Shown here in pieces: positions 1-12,137 of a stretch of DNA of 64,000 nucleotides. The notes beneath the pieces were generated by a model. It was not told where the DNA came from, searched no databases, and was given only the letters and a program-made list of their open reading frames with translations. Numbering within the stretch: the stretch's first letter is position 1; each line of letters opens with the position of its first letter. The DNA is from Lama guanicoe (lineage: Eukaryota). The DNA is taken from positions 19,088,711 through 19,152,710 of the forward strand of contig MU054187.1 of assembly GCA_013239625.1 (NCBI GenBank). The letters are read 5' to 3'. The translations under genes and the position numbers were made by a program.

Positions 1-1295
1 GCAATACTGAGCTTGCTTGATTATACCTTGTGGCATATCGTTTCCCAGATGTATGTCTGATTTTCCCAATCAGACTTAGAAAGCAGTGACAGAGTTTCAT
101 ATATTTTGCTTCCCCTGAACACCTAATACGCAGGCACTCCGGAAATACTTATTGGCGGAAGAGAAAATGACCCCTCCTCGCAGTTTCCCACGCTGTCCTG
201 GATGTCTACCAGGGGATGCCAAAACTTAGAATGGTTGATCCCTTGGTACTCAGCCCCAGGGCTAAGAGCTGAGGGCATGACAGCATTCACATCAGAATGA
301 CTGACTAGAACCTGGGGAAACTGTCGGCTAGAGCTGTAGGAAAAGCAGGAAGTGTTCATTGAATCCCTCTTTCTACTTTAATGAGCAATTGTGACTGGAG
401 AGCAGACATCAATTTGGGTTATTTAACAAATGCTCAGTCCACTCAGGCAATGGGTAGAATTTTTGGATTTCAAAAATAGTGTGTTATTGTCATCCCACCA
501 AAGATTAGGAATCACACTTCTGGGTCATACATAATAAGTCATTTTCTCCAAATCTTGGGTATTTGGGAATCTAGAATCCAGGAATCCATTAGTCTTTCCA
601 TCATCCTCTCTTATATGGCAGACAGACATCCAGATGGCCCCGGTGGACTTTTCACACTTTGGTTTCATTGGAACACTGTCTCCCTGGGATACAGAAGCAA
701 ACTTCTCTAATGAAAGGGACGCAGCAAACCTCCAGTCTTCTCTCCTCATCCTTCCTGACCCTGTCGTTTACTGTGTAGATGGATAAATGGAAGAGTCCAA
801 AGGAAGGGGCTAGTTCAGGATATGTTAACATGCTAACAAACTTAGGAGGGGCTGAGCAAAGCCCTCCCTAGGAAGAAAATAGTTCATCAGACAATTCACT
901 GCAAAACATTTTCCTTCCCTTCAGCCTTCTAGCAAGAAAGGATGTTCGGTAGCCACGTCTGGTTTCTCTCTCCTCCATTCAAAGCACTGTCTCTTAGAGC
1001 AGCAGAAAAGGAGGGGAAGGTTGCTTCCTCGCCTATGTCAAGAGTTAAGAGACTCTCAGGTCTAGATCTTTACTCACAGACTCCAGGGAAAAAGAAAAAG
1101 CCTTCCCACAAAACAATATGAGGCATAAGGGCTCAGAATTTATAACTATGCTTAAGGATGCACCTCTGTGATGTTAAGTCGGTAAACATTCTTACGTGTC
1201 CCACTAAATAAATATGAACTCAAATGTGCACTGGAAAGAGAGAAGCACGTGCCTGGGGATGTTCAGAAAAGCAGGCAGGTTTCAGAGCTGCCCAA

Positions 1296-1538
1296 GCAGT
1301 CCCGAGTCTCTTCTCCAGCCCATCACCGTCGGCACAGTGAGCTGGGGAGGGCCCAGCAAACTGGGATTCAAATCCCCACTCTCCCGGCTGCACCGTACCA
1401 TCATGCACACTTTCCATTCCAGCTGATCTGTGAGGGCGACTGGTAGCTCAGGCAGTCCCGAGTCTCTTCTCCAGCCCATCACTGTCGGCACAGTGAGCTG
1501 GGGAGGGCCCAGCAAACTGGGATTCAAATCCCCACTCT
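1296..1538. repeat. Direct duplication: two 87-bp copies (1296-1382, 1452-1538) separated by 69 bp
   Basis: GCAGTCCCGAGTCTC...CAAATCCCCACTCT is repeated with a single C/T difference. Confidence 0.95.
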
Positions 1539-1660
1539 ACCACCTACTACGCACGTGACTTAAGCAGGTGAATCACTCCCTCTGTAGCTCAGTTTCCTCA
1601 CATGTGACACAGAGTCATCAATGCCTGACTGCACAAAGGATGCTTCAGTACATGATGCCT
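1516..1660 (+). mobile_element. MIR SINE fragment
   Basis: CTGGGATTCAAATCCC...GTGACTTAAGCAGG...CTCAGTTTCCTCA resembles the MIR core. Confidence 0.7.
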
Positions 1661-1799
1661 TTTATAATTATCAAACGTCCCTTTCTAGTGAACTTAAGGC
1701 TTAAGGATAGTGAAATGTGGCTCTAAATTAAGAAAAAAAGTTAGGAATTTTCACGATAAAACCAAGCGTGTGCTTCGAGGCTGCGGAAAAGGAAGACAT

Positions 1800-2070
1800 T
1801 TCTAGAGTTGAAATGAGGTTAGTGTAAATTGAGGTGTGTTGTAACTGTTAAGTGCCATATTTTGAAGACTTATTTTGGAAAAAAATCTAAAATATCTTAT
1901 TAATAATTTAAAAATGTTGATTACATGTTGAAATAATGTTTTGAACATGTTGGGTTAGACAAAATATAATTTATTAAAGTTACTTTTCACTTTTTAAAAT
2001 GTGGCTACTAGAAAACTTAGAATTACACGTGTGTTTCACAATATATATTTTTTTGGCCCATGCTATTCTA
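1800..2070 (-). mobile_element. MER33-like hAT-Charlie DNA transposon remnant
   Basis: TTGATTACATGTTGAAATAAT...AAAATGTGGCTACTAGAAAACTT; homologous to copies at 7.7 kb and 43.3 kb. Confidence 0.75.
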
Positions 2071-5000
2071 AGAATGCTGAAGTAGCAGCAAGAGAAATAC
2101 TTCATTAAATTACACCCTTTGCCACGAAAGAGTTAATTCATCTCCCCAAGACACTGCTTGAAAGTAACTCAATCACAAGACAACATGAAGCCAAATATGT
2201 CACAAACTGCTAATCACGTCATTAAATATAGTCTCCCCTGTTGCAATGTGTAATCACTTGTGAGAGCAAAGAGCTTAGGGACTTTCAAATCATGGAAAAT
2301 TTCAAATATCCATTCGAGAAATCTTCTTGTCATCCCTGCTACATTTGTCTTGATCTAATCTGACTGCAATTTAATACAGACATTTTTACCACAATCTGCA
2401 AGTGCACTCAACTGGCACAAATATACTTATTTATGTACAGAGCCAGGGAAAGGGTTATCTTTGCTTAAAATAATGTGCTTAACTAATGGACTGTTGCTTT
2501 TACCATTGGGGAGGCCACAGATAATGGCAAGACACACATAACTAACCAATATTCAACATTCATGTAGCTAATTCCATGGTTTATTTAAACTAGAGGATAA
2601 ACAGATGCATCTCCATTTTTGATTGATCTTCAAAGCTCAGTAGCTCATAAACTTTTAACTTATCCCCTTGTGGCAGTAAATTGCTATAAAAAGGAATCAA
2701 AACAATATGAAACAAACAAAAAGAAACAACCCCTGTGTGTATTGATGAACTTTCTTTTAGAGCAATCTCTGTTTAATCATTTAAGAAAAACATTTACAAT
2801 TGGTATGGTCAACTTTTTAAATGTATAAGTAAGAATGAAAATTGTGGGTTTTTTTTAAAGAAGCAACCCATCTCAAAAAAATTAATTAAAAAAAAGGGAG
2901 ACCTATCTTTTCCATTCCTGTTACATCATGTAGCATTCTTTTCCTTAATTTTTCTATAATATAACTTAAGTATAGGTATTGTCATCTCAACATACTTAAT
3001 ACAAAGAATTTAAAATTCCTAAATTCGTAATTAAGGAACTAAATAATTTTACCTCTTTTTGAGCCCCTCTGAAATTTTAAAGTCGTGTTACATTATATTT
3101 TTGATGGCAGCCCTTCCTTCTTCAATGTTATTATCTACTGTACTAAACTTTAAAGATAATCAAGATAAAAAGAGAAATTTCAATTCAAGGAATCCCTTGA
3201 GCACAGAGGGAAATTCCTTAGTTACGGCTGCTGGGGCTGTGACAATTATGCAGCTAAGTTCCAGCACCGGAAAAAAGTTCTAAGAGGAAATCTAACTTCC
3301 AGGAGAAGTAACACTATGTGTTGATAACGTCTGGTATCTTAATACATCGGCCACTTAACCCAGCCAAAGTTTTAAATCAGGGAAATACCTTAAACTTATA
3401 ATAAATAGAATTCTCTAAAAAATTCCCATTTAGTTTTTCTAGAAAACGTGTGTATCTCAACAGGAAGGATTCCTACGCATGAGTGTATCCATTAAAGAAT
3501 TACTTTGCAAACTTTTCAATTCCTCTTTCTGAGCACGGTCAAATTCCACAGATCAGATTACAGCTGCAAACACATGCACTTCAAAATGAAGTGGAACACG
3601 AGTTTGGAACCAAGCGGATTCTAAAGACAGACAGAGTGTACGAAACAGGAACAGGCAGGCCCTTTGGAAAGATAAGGAAAACATCAAAATCGTCTCAAGT
3701 GCTCTTAGCTGATTAAACATATTTCTGCCAAGGGAAAGTAGATTTAATTCCCTACCTTGTACCACTCCGACTTTCTCAGGAGTCCTGTGAGGATTACAAA
3801 ATGGTGCAATCATTTTGGAGAACTGTGAGAGTTCCTTATAAACTTAAAGAAATATCTACTCTATACTTTCAGGTATTTACCCAAGAGAAATGCAACCTCA
3901 CAAGGAGAATGTCCTCAAAACCGCCGGGAAGATTAAATGCGATCCCGTAGGTGAAGGTGCTTTGCACAGAATCGTGCGCGTGGTAGAAGCTTATTAAATA
4001 TTTTCAATCTCCTTTTGTGTTTTGGGGTGTAATCGAGTATAGGAGTTCAATATTGCAGACTTGAGTTTATGTCCTGGCTCTGCTATTCACCTGTTGTATT
4101 TATTCATCCAACCCTTCTGAGCACCTACTCTGGGTCAAGCACTTTTTTAGGTGTCGGGGATATCATATTGAATGTGATGGTCCAAGGCTGTACTCTCATA
4201 GGGTTTCACTTCTAGTGCCTTGGGTAAGACATTTAAGTTTTCTGAACTTCCGTTTCCACTGCCATAATTCAGGTCAGTTCAGAGCCTTTGATGGACTGAA
4301 TTGAGGTGGGGGGGGGCACACGAACCAACTAAATAGAACTTGTACTTTTAAGTGTTTTACAAATCCAGGAGAGGCAGCAGAAATGGATGCAAATTCAATG
4401 GAGAATAGAAGGTGGTGTGAGAGGGATAAGGACTCAGTGCTGTGGGGGGCTCTGAACTCTGCTTGGTGGCAAGGAGACTGGTCGGAGGAGTGAGTCAGGG
4501 AAGGCTTCCTGGAGGAAGAGCATTTAAATGCAGTCTGCAGAGTAAACCAGGCAAAAACGTATTCACAAATTCACAGTATTATTGGAAGAGAAAACGAGGA
4601 GATAGTTGTGAAAGCACTAATCAGTCCATAAAATCTTTTATAATTTAAAACACCTCTATTTCCACTTTAAGGGCAATAGTATTAAAATGCAAAATTGGTG
4701 TGTAGTTCTGAATCCAGTTTATACCCTCTCTGACAATATGTTGTCTTCCCCAATGCCTGTGCTTAATCTGAGCTTTCCACATCTGCTTCCTCGACCCCAG
4801 AACTTCGAGCTTTCTGCTTGAAGGAATCGGATAATTGAATACATTGTTTATTATCATACGGCACCAATTCTGACTTCCAGTCAAGTTTCAGGGATTGGCT
4901 ACATTTACAGTCTGTGGTGTAGCTCTGTGGTCAGCCACACTGGCCTCTAAGCATGAAACAGGCTTTGGAAACAACCAAGATTCTTGCTCTCCTGGAATTC

Positions 5001-6086
5001 ATCGAACACTTAATCTTTTTTTTTTTCAATTTAATTAAAAGGCTCTGTTTATGGGACTTCAATACGGTTTATACCATAAATACCCAGAACTTTAAAGTGG
5101 CACAAAAAACACTGAGGCTGCTGAAATACTTTTGATCTGCATATACTGTTTGTTTTATATGCTCTACATACCTCTGGAAAAAAAAATGGAAGTAGGAAGT
5201 GGGACTGGGGAGAAAGGTTTAGAAAATTCCTCTTTCCAAATACTGTGGCATTAAAATGAACTTGGATAAAGGATGCCATTAGGTAAATGCAGACTCTGTT
5301 CAGCACATCCTCACCCCCATGGCATGCGCTGAGGCTGACTGAAAGTTTTCATGATCGCGTCAGCAATTAGCATGAAAGTCACTCCAACCACATGAACCTT
5401 GAACTATTTAAGTAGCTTTAAAAAAAAAAAAAGTTTAAAGTACTTCATTTTCCTCTTAGGAGGCTGCAACAGTTGTTAAATAGAGCAATACTTCTATTAT
5501 GGGAAATGTTTATGGAAATGTTATATTCCATCTTCAGAAACAGCTGTATTATGGTCAGATGTTAGAGGTGTTTTCTGGATTGCCAGCAAAAAAGGGGGCT
5601 GTGATAAAAAGATGCCCCTCCCCCGACAACGGCAAGCGTACACCCAGAAACCAAATCAGTAGTATATGTAACAAAAGTGAGCGCCGTGCAAAGTTCAATG
5701 GAACGCTTTCCCCAATCTGAGTATACCCAGAGCCCTCTTGTGAACAGGGAAAGTGTTATGATGAAACAAGAATGAAAGATTTCTTTACTCCTTGGAAAGG
5801 ACAAGCTGATCAACAATAAAAGGTGCCCGAGGCATCTGGGTTAAGGCCATCGTTAGTCCTGCCAGCCCTGACATCAATGCCTTCTACTCCCGACCTTGGA
5901 GTTCTAACTCTGACCTGGAAGAGCCTCACAGGCTTCTCTCACAGCGTGGTGACCCAAACCAATGTTTTAGCAATATCCTGCTCTTTTTTAAACCACTGTA
6001 TAAAATCCACATCTTAGATTAGTGGAAATGGTTGAGGAATGAATGGGTAATGATTGTAGGAAATGGCAGGAGAAAAAGCAACTTGT

Positions 6087-6461
6087 AATATGACATGATA
6101 TCACTTATACGTGGCACCGAAAAAAAGGACCCAAATGAACTTATTTGCAAAACAGAAACAGATTCACAGATACAGAAAATAAACTTATGGTTACCAAAGG
6201 GGAAAGGAGGGGGGAAGGATAAATTAAGACTTTGGGATTAGCAGATACAAACTACTAAACATAAAATAGGTAAACAACAAGGTCCTGCTGTACAGCACAG
6301 GGAACAATTATACTCAATAACTGGTAATAACCTATAATGAAAAAGAATATGAAAAAAATATATGTGTATTAACTGAATCACTATGCTGTACACCAGAAAC
6401 TAACACAACATTGTAAATCAACTATACATCAATTAAAAAAAAAAAAGAAAAAGAAAAATGG
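6087..6461 (+). mobile_element. 5'-truncated artiodactyl-type L1 3' end with poly-A and 13-bp TSD
   Basis: GAACTTATTTGCAAAACAGAAACAGA...ACATTGTAAATCAACTATAC plus A-tail. TSD AAAAGCAACTTGT at 6074-6086 and 6462-6474. Confidence 0.9.
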
Positions 6462-6689
6462 AAAAGCAACTTGTTTTTGAGTGGGAAGAGGAAAGAGTGG
6501 GAGAAATTTCTGGAAAGAAAAAGAATGACCAGGGCAGGGGAGACTTGGCTTAGAACCAGGAAAGACAGCAAATTTTGGAAGGAAAGTAAAGAAGGCAGTT
6601 AACTGGTTTGAAGGTGTCTTCTCCAACTTCTAGTCCTCTAGGAGCCACATCGAGCCTGGAGAGGAATGGTGGGGAGAATTTCACCTCAA

Positions 6690-6820
6690 CCCCTGTTTAT
6701 TTAATACGTGTTTATTCAGCATCGAACTGTCTAATCATTGCTGTGCCAGCTGGGGATTCAGCAGCAAACCAACAGAAACAAAAGCCCTTGCTCTCGTGGA
6801 ACTTAGATTCGGTGGGAAGG
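6690..6820 (-). mobile_element. L2 3' end fragment
   Basis: GTGCCAGCTGGGGATTCAGCAGC...CCCTTGCTCTCGTGGAACTTAGATTC pattern. Confidence 0.55.
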
Positions 6821-7673
6821 TCTAAAGCAGCTGGAGATCCAGGCTCCTCTCCCAATGAGTGAGGTGTGCTTTCAGCCCCTCTGCCCACAAAAGAATGGTC
6901 CCTTCTGCCTCCTAAGGACTAAATAAATTTAAACTATCTTCAAATGACCAACAGCCTTTACCTCCCTAGGAGATTACAATTCATTGAAGTCAAGGACTAT
7001 ATCTTATTTTCTTATATTATCATTTAATGTAGAGCCTGATGCATTTAATTAGCATGTAGTTAGCGTTCAGCAAATAGCTTCTGAGGAAAACTGTCCCTGT
7101 GGGGAGCAGCAAGAAGTGAGCCCTTGTGATGCTGCCCCGGGGGTGTCAGTCACCCATTCAAGGGGGGACCCATCCTCCATCCCTCTTCCGTTCCTTCTTT
7201 CTTTACCCGAGGTGATTTTTCAAGCTGGATTTGGTCCATTTGGATTTTTCCAGGAGTGTAGACCTTCTCTCTCCAGGTGTGTGCTGACTCCTTTTAGGTG
7301 TTTGTTCAAACAGAACTACTTTAACTTTGGCTTGAATTTAGTACCCAGGAAGCTTCTAGTCACCTGTCCTTTAGGTCGATCAGGACTCCTCCTGGGTGGG
7401 CAAGTGAGTTCAGGCCAGGAGTTCAGAGGACTCTTTCCCACTCAGCAAAGGGATGGTCCCTGATTCCTCCCAGCACACCCCCTCAGGGAGCTGCGATGCT
7501 GATCAGGGCTGGCACAGGGAGTGATCCTGGGGGTTCACTCAGACCCATCCAGTCTACTCCTAGAAGAGTCAACAAGGGCCGGATGTGCTAGAACTGGGGG
7601 CCAGCTGTTACTCCTCACTCTCGCTCACTCAGAGGGGTGGGGACTCCTCACATCCTCAAGCAGCATTCAGTAA

Positions 7674-7980
7674 GCATTTGTCCAACAGAAATACAATACC
7701 AGCTCATATGTCATTTTGAATTTTCTAGTCACCACATTTAAAAAAAGGAAAGGAGAAATTAACTTTAATAATGTATTTATTTAGCATCACATGTAAAATA
7801 TTGTCATTTCAGCATGTCATCAATATAGAAATTATTAGTGAGATCTCTTTTATCCTTTTCCCCAAACCCATACAAAGTCTTCCAAACCCACTGTGTATTT
7901 TAAACTTAGAGCACATCTCAACTCTGACCAGTCGCATCTCAAAGCTCATTGTGGCGACTGGACCAGATCACTCAGCTCTA
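7674..7980 (+). mobile_element. MER33-like hAT-Charlie element
   Basis: TGTCCAACAGAAATACAAT...TTTTCTAGTCACCACATTT...GTGTATTTTAAACTTAGAGCACATCTCAA. Confidence 0.8.
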
Positions 7981-8554
7981 AGGAGTATAGGGAAATCTCT
8001 GAGGACATCTCGGGGTGGTTGTTCGCAGACAAGTCTTTTTGCCTTAATATCAGTTTAAGAAAAACAAAATGTTCAGAAACTATCAGCACTAACAAATGAT
8101 GTGGGAAAATGTTTACTTTTGAAACAGACTACATACTAACTTAATTTTGACAAAAGAATGTTAAAGTGACACTTCTGGTCCATTTCAGCCATTGGAATCT
8201 TAATATCTGGACACATCTGAGAAGTGACAAAGCTGAGGACATTTTTCACACTTTCATCCGGTGATCACCATAATGATCACACCGCAAAGTGAAGAGGGAG
8301 CCAAGATGCTTCTCACCGCTGGGGCGTTCTGCCCAGACCAAAGGATGCTTCCTGGGGTCTGCCCACTGCATCTTTCTGGGTCTTTGTTTACAGCGACAGG
8401 ACAAGAGCCCTGCAGAGCGGCAAAGAAACAGACTGCATCTTGGTTTCCAACCTGTGGACCATGATGGTTTTGTGGTCCGCGTGGACACTAACGATTGTCC
8501 CTCAACAAAATAATATTTAATTTTCAGTCAAAACTATCTTATCAACTGCTAGTT

Positions 8555-8690
8555 AAAATATAATGGAAAAGAATCTGAAAAGTATACATATATATATTTA
8601 TATATATAAAACTGAATCACTTTGCTGTACACCTGAAAATAACATTGTAAATTGACTACACTAACTACACTTCAATAAGAAATTAAAGAT
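8555..8690 (+). mobile_element. Short L1 3' end
   Basis: AACTGAATCACTTTGCTGTACACCTGAAAATAACATTGTAAAT; degraded TSD-like flanks (ACTGCTAGTT / ACTGCTAATT). Confidence 0.8.
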
Positions 8691-9653
8691 AGAGACCCTG
8701 TCTATTGACTGCTAATTACGAGGTAAGCACTGTTTCTGGGGCTACACATTGTCCCCCTTCTGTTTGTTACGATTTCCCAAATATACATAGAAGATATCAT
8801 AATGAGTAAAACAAAAATTATTGTAAAAGTATTAATGAATTACTAGTAGTTACCTCGTCCTTGCATCTTCCCCAATCAGTGGAATCTGAAAGTACATGTG
8901 AGGATTTGTGAAGTTGCCTGATGTTAAAGTGTGGTCTTTTGGCATCACATGTCACTAACTACCAAGTTGGTCACCACTGTTCTTATTTCCTTCCAGTGGT
9001 CTGGCTCATTGTCAGCCAGGATTCTCTAAAGTTGAGAACCTCCCAGTGCTTCTTTGTTACTGAGTTCATGTCTCTGGTTAAGAAACACTGGGTTTTGAAC
9101 CAACTACATGCTGAGATTAATTGCTCAACGTTAATACATTCAGCACAGATGATTGCATTATATAACACGTACCAGCTACTCTGCAGTATCTCCTTAGGCA
9201 TAATAAGCTTTTACCGTAAAAACCAAACCAACATTAATCTGCAAAGCTGTCATTTTACGTCCACTGCCAAGAAAAAAAAAAGAAAAAAAAAACCAACAAA
9301 GTGAGATAAAGTAAACCTTTATCAAGGAATTGGACCCAATTATCAAACCTGTTCTCCTCATCCCCTTTAGGCAATCTGATTTGTAAGCTGAGGTTCCAAA
9401 GTACATTTTATTTAATTGCTGAGGGCGAGAGCTTCAGTAGGTGTTTCTGAGTTAAGCTCTTTATTGTACTGACCTGCTCTGCTTCTGGGGAAAGCTGAAA
9501 AACAATCTTTTAAAGCTAGCATTTCCAAGCTGGTCTACTCAGCCTACTAGCTCTATTTCCTTTCAACTGCATCAAGAGTAAACAGGTAGGGAAGATAAAG
9601 AGCCTTCCCTGTGAACAAGCGAAAGTAGTTAGGTTTCAAAGCTCGCTGGTAGC

Positions 9654-9825
9654 GGGGAGGGTATAGCTCAGTGGTAGAACGCATCCCTAATATGCACAAA
9701 GTCCCGGGTTCAATTCCCCAATGTCTCCATTAAAAAATCATTAAAAAATATAAAATAACAAAAATACAGGGTCTGAGCGTAAGCCTATCATAAAACAAAA
9801 CAAAACAAAACAAAACAAAACAACA
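9654..9825 (+). mobile_element. tRNA-Ala-derived SINE (vic-1-like, camelid) with (AAAAC)n tail
   Basis: GGGGAGGGTATAGCTCAGTGGTAGA (A box), GGTTCAATTCCC (B box), A-rich tail. GCTGGTAG is duplicated at 9645-9652 and 9826-9833. Confidence 0.85.
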
Positions 9826-10135
9826 GCTGGTAGACAGTAGCCAGCAACAAACACCCTTCGGTATTTCTGAGCAAACACAGGCAAAGCAACGTTTTTCCTA
9901 CCTTTTATAAACAATCTGTGTTTAAACCAGGCATACACAATACCTTCTAAAAGCTGGCCATTGTTGAGTGTTTAATGAATCCCGAAGAGTAAAGAAGCCA
10001 GCTAGGTGGTGACTGTTTGATCCACACACCTTGGCTGGAGACGGGAGTGCACGACAAACCCGCCCAGGCTCAGGCTTCTGGGTTCTTCTGTCAGGAGAGC
10101 CTGGGGCTGGAGGGCAGCACAGCCCAAGTCGCGCC

Positions 10136-10154
10136 TTCCCGCTAGAGGGCGCCG
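10136..10154 (+). promoter_or_regulatory. CTCF consensus site
   Basis: TTCCCGCTAGAGGGCGCCG matches the core CCRSYAGRKGGCRS at every position and lies in a locally CpG-rich patch. Confidence 0.7.
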
Positions 10155-10219
10155 AGGAGCACTCAGCGCACATACACCGGTTACATTCGTGAGGAAACCA
10201 TCTTCCTGCCCGCCCAGCA

Positions 10220-10229
10220 CTATATTTAG
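10220..10229. promoter_or_regulatory. MEF2 consensus site
   Basis: CTATATTTAG fits CTA(W)4TAG; next to a GC box (CCCGCCC) and an ETS-like core (CTTCCTG). Confidence 0.4.
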
Positions 10230-11454
10230 AGCCATCTCTTGGCGTGCAAACGTGTATTTCTGGGCTTTCTGCCACTCAGACAAAAAAAAAAGGACAGGAA
10301 AAACTGGTTTGGTTCCAGTGCTGAACCCAAACAACAAACGTTAAATGTGGCCTTCCCCATTGATGCATTTTGGTGTCAAACATCACTCCTCCTTCAAAAG
10401 CAGTGAGCGCGGGATGTGGCTCTGAAGAATGCTTTTTTTCTCCTCATTCTAATGAGTAAAATGTGTTTCACTCTCTAAAGGGATACTTGGTAAAGAAGGG
10501 AGCGGTGGAGCAAATTTCTAGGAGAAGGGCAGAATCTCTGGAAATTTTTCAAGTCCGGGGTGGTAGACTTCCCCATAGACGCTGGAGTCCCTGGGAAAAG
10601 TTAAACCCCAAAGCTGGCTGTGGAGCTGATGGAAAAAGAACATGCGATGTTAGATCGCCAGGCCCCTCCAAGCCTCAAATGCAGACCCGGGGAGAAACAC
10701 TCCCTAGCATTCTGCTGCTTTGCCAGAGAACAGCTGGCATTTGAGAACACCAGGTTCTTCACCAGGAGGAGAGACCTTGAGACACACACCCCGAGCAAGT
10801 AACTCCAAGTCTTACTCATACCAGTTCCAAACCGAGGAACGCCGGGCTGTCTCAGAAATGAGCAAGGCAAACAGCTCGCCCCAACTTAGTGGGCCCTTCC
10901 CTACTTTTTCCTTCCAGTGTGTCTCTTCTTATAATCATCTTTAGGAGTTTAATCTCAACAATTCTGTTCGCACAAGACCCTGCCATGGCACTCACTGCCT
11001 AGAAAAGTGGTAGCTGGACAACTGATCTCATCCATAAATGGAGCCTCCAGCAGGACTGCCTTTCAGTGGTTTGGATGAATATTTCCTCCACAGGTCACCT
11101 CTAATGACTTCAACAAACATATTAAAGGAAAGAATAAAAATATCTTCAGTTTGACGGTCATTCTTCCATGCTAAAATTAATACTATGACAAAAAAACTAA
11201 AATAAGAATTAAATTAAAAAAAAACCCTGCACAAAATTTCTTAAAAGTACTAAATGATACGGATGCAAAATAGGTTCACAGGATGTGGGGTATGAACACC
11301 CTGAAAGTTGGAGAATAGTGCTGTGTGAAACCTCTTCTAATTTGGGATTTCACAAATGGACAACGGCAAAGGAAACTGACTTGCTGTCAAACAGAAGAAC
11401 ATGCTCAGTGTACAGGCCTTTGGGACTGTTCCCAAGGCTTCCTTCCTCCAGGCC

Positions 11455-11725
11455 CAGGGTGGATTGCAGGCCCTGCTCCCCTGATATTGAGAATGGCCTC
11501 TCGATTTGCTCAGGTTAGAGGAATGTCAGTGGATGTGACACATGTCATCTTTCTAATGCTGGTGCTCAGGCCTCCGTGTCCTCTTCCTCGCCACATTTAC
11601 CTGAGTCCTAGATGGACAAGAAGCACAAGCCAGAAATAAGCCCTTGCTGCTTAAATGTTTAAATCCACTGAGATTTTGGGGGCTTGCTTGTTACCACAGC
11701 AAACCAAGTCTAACTGACCAATACA
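11455..11725 (+). mobile_element. MLT1-type (MaLR) solo LTR, old
   Basis: AGAAATAAGCCCTTG...CCACTGAGATTTTGGGG...TTGTTACCACAGC...CTGACCAATACA terminus. Confidence 0.75.
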
Positions 11726-11994
11726 CTATATTAGTAAACAGTGAATAATAATTAGCAGAAGATAATTGTGTCACAGGTCCCGGTACCAAGAAAGCACTCA
11801 CGTCCATCCTTACAAAGGTCCCCATCCCCCACAGCTTAAGACGCATAGCCAGTCAACTTCTATGATACCTCCTAGCAGCTCTACCGAAACCCAAAGCAAA
11901 TAAAACATGTAAGAAAAAGCAAAACAGAAAGAGTCCAGCTAAGGAAAACAGGTATGATTGCTGAGAAACAAAGTGATTCCCAGAATCTCTGACT

Positions 11995-12137
11995 CCGTGA
12001 TTCTCAACATGAGTGCTCACCTGGGCCCAGCCCCAAAATTCAGATTAACTTGGTTCCAGGTAGACGCCAGGCATCTGTCCTGCTTCCCAGCCTCCCTCTG
12101 TGGTTTCAGTGTGCAGCCAAGCTTAAGAACCGTGGCT
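11995..12137. mobile_element. MER5-like hAT MITE
   Basis: GTGATTCTCAAC...GTGCAGCCAAGCTTAAGAACCGTG, with terminal inverted-repeat remnants. Confidence 0.65.

Noticed and set aside
1296..1538. CRISPR-like repeat-spacer-repeat
   Set aside because: Only two 87-bp copies, in a mammalian intron, partly MIR-derived, with no cas genes.
9654..9730. tRNA-Ala gene-like sequences (also at 20.6, 38.7 and 59.8 kb)
   Set aside because: Disrupted stems, A-rich tails, TSDs and multiple diverged copies identify them as SINEs.
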